Shown here piece after piece: positions 59,494 through 64,000 of a stretch of 64,000 nt of DNA. Position 1 is the stretch's first letter. Each line of letters starts with the position of its first letter. The position numbers and the translations under genes were made by a program. The notes below the pieces were generated by a model. It made no database searches, was not told the origin of the DNA, and saw only the letters and a program-made list of their open reading frames with translations. The stretch comes from Dehalococcoidia bacterium (GTDB taxonomy: Bacteria; Chloroflexota; Dehalococcoidia; Bin125): positions 448,001 to 512,000 of the forward strand of contig CAXXSR010000001.1 in the NCBI GenBank assembly GCA_963662615.2, read 5' to 3'.

Positions 59494-59641
59494 TACTTTA
59501 CGGTCACGGCATGTACACCATATGCACCTGTGTGATCACGGCGCGACACGCACGTGGCTCCCACCTCCAGCGAGGTCCCGAGCCCGCGCGCCGTCGCGCT
59601 GACCGACCCTTCCCGGCCAAGGCCAGGAAGGGATCGTGTCG

Positions 59642-59672
59642 CTCTACGCCCTATTCTGTTGCTAAGGTGCTT
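59642..59672 (-). promoter_or_regulatory. boxA-like sequence and 5' arm of the 23S processing stem
   Basis: minus-strand AGCACCTTAGCAACAGAATAGGGCGTAGAG; 59642-59659 complementary to 56455-56472. Confidence 0.75.
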
Positions 59673-59725
59673 CGCCCTCACGGGCACGGTTACCCGCCCC
59701 CGCGCGTGGCGAAGTCAGCCAGGTA

Positions 59726-59754
59726 AGTCTAGGCAGGGCCGCGGGGGGTGTCAA
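59726..59754 (-). promoter_or_regulatory. Sigma70 promoter of the 23S gene
   Basis: TTGACA-N17-TAGACT on minus strand. Confidence 0.8.
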
Positions 59755-59863
59755 CCTGGACGGAGCCCGGCCCGCGGGGGCCGGGGGCGCTTATGGTCAG
59801 CAGACGCGCGCGCGCTTGAAAAGGGCGTGCGAAGACGACGCGGACGATTCCGGCGCCGACTGT

Positions 59864-60067
59864 CTAGGCGGCCGGCGCGGGGTCCGGGTGCAGGGGGCGA
59901 GGTCGGGCCTGCAGCCGCGCGAAGGGCGAGATGTTCGTTGGCGCCGCCGTCTCGCCTAGCTCTGCACCAGCAGGCCAGGCCAGGGGCCGCAGCGCAATCA
60001 CCGACCGTTGTCGGGGCCAAGGAATGATCGTCGCCTCGCGGGGATGTCCGTGGAGTTGGCTCGCCAC
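59864..60067 (-). CDS. Possible small hypothetical protein (67 aa)
   Basis: AAGGAG SD 6 nt before GTG; no recognised motif. Confidence 0.3.
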   Translation of the reverse strand: MASQLHGHPREATIIPWPRQRSVIALRPLAWPAGAELGETAAPTNISPFARLQARPRPLHPDPAPAA

Positions 60068-60216
60068 GCTCGCTCCTTCTCTTTACCACCGCTGCCAGTG
60101 GCATGACCGATCCTCGGGTGCTGGGCAGCGGCGGGGTATGGGGGACCGCCCCAATTGGGGGCGATGCCGTCCCTAACGCGCCCCCGCCAAGCGCCGAGGT
60201 TCGGCGGCCCGACATC

Positions 60217-61248
60217 CTATGCCGGGGCCAGGGTGCGCAGCGCCGTCAGCTTCGCTCCGGCGGCGCCGGAGACGAGCGCTTCGCGAGCTTGCGCAATCCC
60301 GTCCGCCAGTGAGGGCGCCGCTCCCACGGCCCACAGTCGAAGGCCGCCGTTGAGCGCTACCACGTCGGCACGGGGGCCGCGGTCCCGTCCCGCCAGCACC
60401 GCTTCCAGCGCCTCCGCGTGGCGCCGCGGGTCCGGCGGGCAGGCCAGCTCTTCCGCATCCGCGGGCTGCAGCCCGTGCTCCCGCGGGCGCAGGCGAAACT
60501 CCGTCACGCTCTCGGGCGTGACCTCGTACAGGCGGGTGGGCCGCGCTGTGGTCACGTCCTCGGTTCCCTCCAGCCCCTGGACGATCAACGAGCGTGGCCA
60601 GCCCATGGTCTGCATGGCGGCGGCGAGCGGCTCCACGTAGGGCGCATGCGTGAGGCCCACGATGTGGTGCGGCGCGTTCGCCAGGTCGTACAGCTTCTCG
60701 GCCGTGTTGATGCCGGTGCGCAGGCCCAGCTGGTCGCGCAGGGGCAGGAGCGCGGCGAGCGGCGGGGCGAAGAGGCGCGCGTCCATGTAGCCGAAGCCGT
60801 CGCGCTCGATCGACTCTTGGACGGCGGGCGGCGGCAGGCCTGTGGGGATGCCCAGCGCCTCCAGCACCGGGGCCAGCGCCAGGCCGCGCTTGGGCGGCAT
60901 CTCGCCGCTCCCGTGGAGCACCTGCGGTGCGCCGGCCGCCGCCGCCACGAGGCTGGCGGCGGGGCTGATCAGCAGCGCCTGCAACCGCCCGTCGTAGGGG
61001 CTGCCGATGTCCAGGAGGTGCGGCACGTTGGGGTGGATCGTCGTCGCCTGGTCACGGATCGCGTCGATGAAGCCCGTCAGCTCCTCCGCCGACTCGCCTT
61101 GCACTCGCATGGCGATCAGGAAGGCGCCGGCCTGCGCCGGGGTGGCCTCGCCGCGGAGGATGAGCCCCAGGGCCTCGCGGGCTTCGTGGCGGCTGAGGTG
61201 CCGGTTACTGTGCGGCCCCGTGCCCACCATCTTGATGAAGCGCTTCAT
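60217..61248 (-). CDS. Anthranilate phosphoribosyltransferase-like protein (TrpD2/YbiB group)
   Basis: IKMVGTG....R.L...EA, Q.GAFLIAMR..GE...EL, SPYDGR, LRDQLGLRT..NT.EK; lacks the TrpD GTGGD motif. Confidence 0.82.
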   Translation of the reverse strand: MKRFIKMVGTGPHSNRHLSRHEAREALGLILRGEATPAQAGAFLIAMRVQGESAEELTGFIDAIRDQATTIHPNVPHLLDIGSPYDGRLQALLISPAASLVAAAAGAPQVLHGSGEMPPKRGLALAPVLEALGIPTGLPPPAVQESIERDGFGYMDARLFAPPLAALLPLRDQLGLRTGINTAEKLYDLANAPHHIVGLTHAPYVEPLAAAMQTMGWPRSLIVQGLEGTEDVTTARPTRLYEVTPESVTEFRLRPREHGLQPADAEELACPPDPRRHAEALEAVLAGRDRGPRADVVALNGGLRLWAVGAAPSLADGIAQAREALVSGAAGAKLTALRTLAPA

Positions 61249-61348
61249 GGTCGTGGCTTCACCCTCACCGCCATGGGGCGACCGGCCGGGCGGACCCGTG
61301 TGTACGCCGCTCCAGCGTACAGAGATGGGGCAACGACGCGCGTCCGCT

Positions 61349-62491
61349 TCAGGCGGGCGCTGCGGTCCGCATCGCCGCGGGGTCGACGCCCTGCGCCGTA
61401 CACCACTGCCGATATACCGTGGGCGAGATCTCCGACGGTTTGATCTCGCTGCGGCCTCCCCAAAACACTGTGGTGTACGTGACGGGGATGTGCGCCGCCT
61501 GAAGATGCCGGTCAATGGCGCTCTTGTGCGCCAGCACCACCGCCTTTTCCTCCCCATGCGCCACGCCCATGACGTTCACGTTGTGGAAGTCCGCCCCCGC
61601 GTCGCGCCAGTAGGCGTGGGTCATGATGTGATGCCGGCCCACTTCCTGGCCCGCAGCGATCTCCCACCCCGGCGGCACCGCCCAGTGAAACAGGGCGTTG
61701 TAGCGGGTGACCGGCTTGGCGCCGGCCACCGCCTTGACGTGCTCCAGGAAAGTCGAGAAGCGTCCGACCACGTTGCGCGTCTGGAGCGACTCGGCGACTG
61801 CGAAGAACTCGTCCAACGGCACACCCGCCTCGGCGGCGCGGGCGCGCCAGAGGTCCGGCTGGATCTCCTCCGGCTGGAACTCTCGTTTCAGCGCGTCCAG
61901 TACCTGCCACTCCAGGTCGCTGAGCCGGACGATGTCCGTGTCCATGACCTCCGCGGGCTCATCGGCGCGACTGCCGGGCGGCAGACCTCGCCGCCGGATG
62001 TGGCCCACGCCCAGCTTGAAGAGCCGCTGGGCCGGCATGAGCCGGTAGCGCTGAACGCCGGTCCGCCGCGCCAGGAGGTCGGCGTGTTTCTGGAGCGAGT
62101 AGCCCTGCGGCACCTTCAGCGTGGTCCAGAGGCGGTAGGCGGCTCCGGACGAGGCCGCATCCGTAGTGCGGATGACCACGTGTCCGGAGAACGGATCGTC
62201 CTGGTACATGTAGTCGAAGGCCTCACGCAGCCGGTCGTCGGGCAGCTGCCAGGCCGTCAGCGCGCCGTGCGCGAGGTTGATGGAGAGCAGGGTTTGGCGC
62301 ACCCGCCGGATGGTCCCCGCCGCCAGCATGGCCCGGATCCGCTCGATCACCGTCGGCAGCGGCACCTCCGAGCGCCGTGCGATCTCCCCCAGCGGGTCGC
62401 GCTGAAACCCTTCGAGCTGGTCCTCTGAAACCGCCAGCACGGCCGCGTTGATGGGGTCGTCAACGGTCACGGGGACGGGGGGGGCGGTCAT
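61349..62491 (-). CDS. Fused AhbA/AhbB (NirDL)-like siroheme decarboxylase / Lrp-AsnC-fold protein
   Basis: two HTH+RAM halves; P..EIA......G.IRR, FKLGV, NAL..W.V, THAYWR...AH. Confidence 0.7.
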   Translation of the reverse strand: MTAPPVPVTVDDPINAAVLAVSEDQLEGFQRDPLGEIARRSEVPLPTVIERIRAMLAAGTIRRVRQTLLSINLAHGALTAWQLPDDRLREAFDYMYQDDPFSGHVVIRTTDAASSGAAYRLWTTLKVPQGYSLQKHADLLARRTGVQRYRLMPAQRLFKLGVGHIRRRGLPPGSRADEPAEVMDTDIVRLSDLEWQVLDALKREFQPEEIQPDLWRARAAEAGVPLDEFFAVAESLQTRNVVGRFSTFLEHVKAVAGAKPVTRYNALFHWAVPPGWEIAAGQEVGRHHIMTHAYWRDAGADFHNVNVMGVAHGEEKAVVLAHKSAIDRHLQAAHIPVTYTTVFWGGRSEIKPSEISPTVYRQWCTAQGVDPAAMRTAAPA

Positions 62492-62511
62492 GCGCCTGGA
62501 CTCGGCACGGG

Positions 62512-63126
62512 TTAGGAGTACCGCTCCTCTTTCCAGGGGTCGCCGTGGATGTGATAGCCGTACATCTCCCAAAAGCCGGGCTGGTCCTGCGGCAGGAACT
62601 CCATCCCCCTCACCCACTTGGCGCTCTTCCAGAAATAGAGCGAGGGGATCACCGCCCGCATGGGCCCGCCGTGCTCCCGCGCCAGCGGCCGGCCGTCATG
62701 TTTGACGGCGAACATGGCGTGGTCGTCGCGGGAGATGTCCTCCAGCGACACGTTGGTGGTGTAGCCGCCGTAGGAGTGGAACATGACGGAGACGGCGCCG
62801 GGATTGATTTTGATGCGCGACAGCACCGCCGACATGGGCACGCCCTCCCACTCGTTGTCGTAGCGCGACCAATGCGTGACGCAGTGGACGTCGTTGACGC
62901 GGCTCTCCGTCCCCATCGCCAGGAACTCGTCCCAGCTCCACGCGATCTCCTCGTCCACCTCGCCCCAGACCTTGAAGCGCCAGGTTTGCGTATCGATCTG
63001 GGGTGTGGCGCCGTAGCTGAGCACGGGCCAGTCGTTCGTCAGACGCTGGCCGGGGGGAAGGCGGGCGTCGCCGCTCTCGACGCGGCGGCGCTGCTCCTGG
63101 CTGAACGGGGTCGTGGCGGGCGGCAT
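62512..63126 (-). CDS. Sulfite oxidase-like molybdopterin oxidoreductase (YuiH-like)
   Basis: RLPPGQ.LT..WPVL, DVHCVTHWS, GYTTN, EHGGP, YFWKSAKW, GFWE..GYH..GDPW.EER. Confidence 0.92.
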   Translation of the reverse strand: MPPATTPFSQEQRRRVESGDARLPPGQRLTNDWPVLSYGATPQIDTQTWRFKVWGEVDEEIAWSWDEFLAMGTESRVNDVHCVTHWSRYDNEWEGVPMSAVLSRIKINPGAVSVMFHSYGGYTTNVSLEDISRDDHAMFAVKHDGRPLAREHGGPMRAVIPSLYFWKSAKWVRGMEFLPQDQPGFWEMYGYHIHGDPWKEERYS

Positions 63127-63245
63127 AGTCCGGCTTTGCTTCCAGTGGGCGGATGGCGCGGGCCGTCGCCCAGGCCATGCTACGAGCGCACTGCCGCGCC
63201 AGCAAGCAGGGCGCCGGCGGCGCAGCGCCGAGGGCCGCTGGTACG

Positions 63246-63887
63246 ATGAAATTGATGGCGATCTCTTCCGATCGTGACTCGTCCGACCGTGACGGCCCCC
63301 CGACGTCGCCGCCGCCCTCCGCGCCCGGCTCCGCACCGGATTCGGCGCCGCAGGCTGCTTGGTGGCGGCGCGCCTGGCGCCGTCGCCGGAGCCGTCAGCG
63401 GCAAGACCTTGTGTTCTTCGGGATCGCCGCCGGCTGGGTCCTCTTCGACCAGATCACCAAGGTGATCGTGCGCTCTTTCCTGGACAGGGGCGAGCATTGG
63501 GAGCTGGCGTCGTTCTTCCGCTTCTCGCACGTGACGAACGACGGCGCGGCCTTCGGGCTCTTCGACGGCGCCAACGTGCTCTTGGCCGCTTCCACCCTCA
63601 TCGCCGTCGTGGTGGTGGGCCTCTACTATCTCTTCCCCCCGCTGAATCACTGGATGATCCGCCTTGGCCTGGCGCTGATCCTGGGCGGCTCCGTGGGGAA
63701 TTTGCTGGACCGGCTCTATCAGGGGAGCGTGACGGACTTCATCAATTTCTCTCATTACGTGCCTTGGCCGCTTCCACCCTCATCGCCCGCCTTCAACGTG
63801 GCGGATTCCGGCATCGTCCTCGGGGTCGCCGCGGTGATCTTGTATCTTCTCTTCGCTGAGCCCCGAAGCGCAACGCCCGATCCGTGA
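63246..63887 (+). CDS. lspA: Lipoprotein signal peptidase II
   Basis: DQITK, NDGAAFG, GGSVGNLLDR, VTDFI, AFNVAD; start may be 63255. Confidence 0.94.
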   Translation: MKLMAISSDRDSSDRDGPPTSPPPSAPGSAPDSAPQAAWWRRAWRRRRSRQRQDLVFFGIAAGWVLFDQITKVIVRSFLDRGEHWELASFFRFSHVTNDGAAFGLFDGANVLLAASTLIAVVVVGLYYLFPPLNHWMIRLGLALILGGSVGNLLDRLYQGSVTDFINFSHYVPWPLPPSSPAFNVADSGIVLGVAAVILYLLFAEPRSATPDP

Positions 63888-63927
63888 ACTCCGCGCTGCG
63901 CCGTCGCGGGGATGATACGGTGCCCCC

Positions 63928-64000
63928 ATGACCGCTGGGCCGGAGACCGACACGCCCTCGCCCGACACGCCCTCGCCCGACGCGCCCTCGCCCGACGCGC
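63928..64000 (+). CDS. Start of next gene (3' truncated), N-terminus with 15-bp repeat (PDTPS)n
   Basis: ATG 63928; ccgac(a/g)cgccctcgc units from 63947. Confidence 0.45.
   Translation, partial: MTAGPETDTPSPDTPSPDAPSPDA

Overview
High-GC, gene-dense bacterial chromosome segment made mostly of core and metabolic genes, with no prophage, transposase, integron or CRISPR array. The gene inventory suggests aerobic Chloroflexota, probably class Dehalococcoidia; this is inference from the N-terminally extended GreA, the LLM/F420 oxidoreductases, the DinB, SnoaL, CaiB and PAC2 paralogs, and the unlinked rRNA. The window holds rsmG, greA, citrate synthase, a complete A2-type caa3 cytochrome c oxidase operon with ctaG/ctaA/ctaB, an ABC-2 exporter, nadE, a divergent LysM/M23 pair and an ECF sigma/anti-sigma pair. 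It also holds an Fe3+ ABC importer, a stand-alone Zn-free rpsN, a tungsten-type AOR, MscS, ferredoxin/reductase, Prx5, KtrAB, tRNA-Glu, tRNA-fMet, a solitary 23S rRNA and lspA. Strongest non-routine observations: (1) a ferredoxin:thioredoxin reductase whose CHC motif reads CH-UGA followed by a canonical bacterial SECIS, i.e. a hidden selenoprotein; (2) an oxidase operon led by a nuclease-fold domain fused to two subunit-IV-like hairpins, plus a foreign beta-domain inserted in CoxII; (3) a 16-copy 13-bp array between a divergent winged-helix-like gene and a CoA-transferase, part of window-wide tandem micro-duplications at gene boundaries; (4) REP-like palindromes, one nested and some in frame inside a CDS; (5) a 23S-tRNAfMet unit with its own promoter and no 16S or 5S; (6) a probable ATC start for citrate synthase; (7) an APH-fold pseudokinase. 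All family assignments come from motif recognition by eye; no database searches were run.
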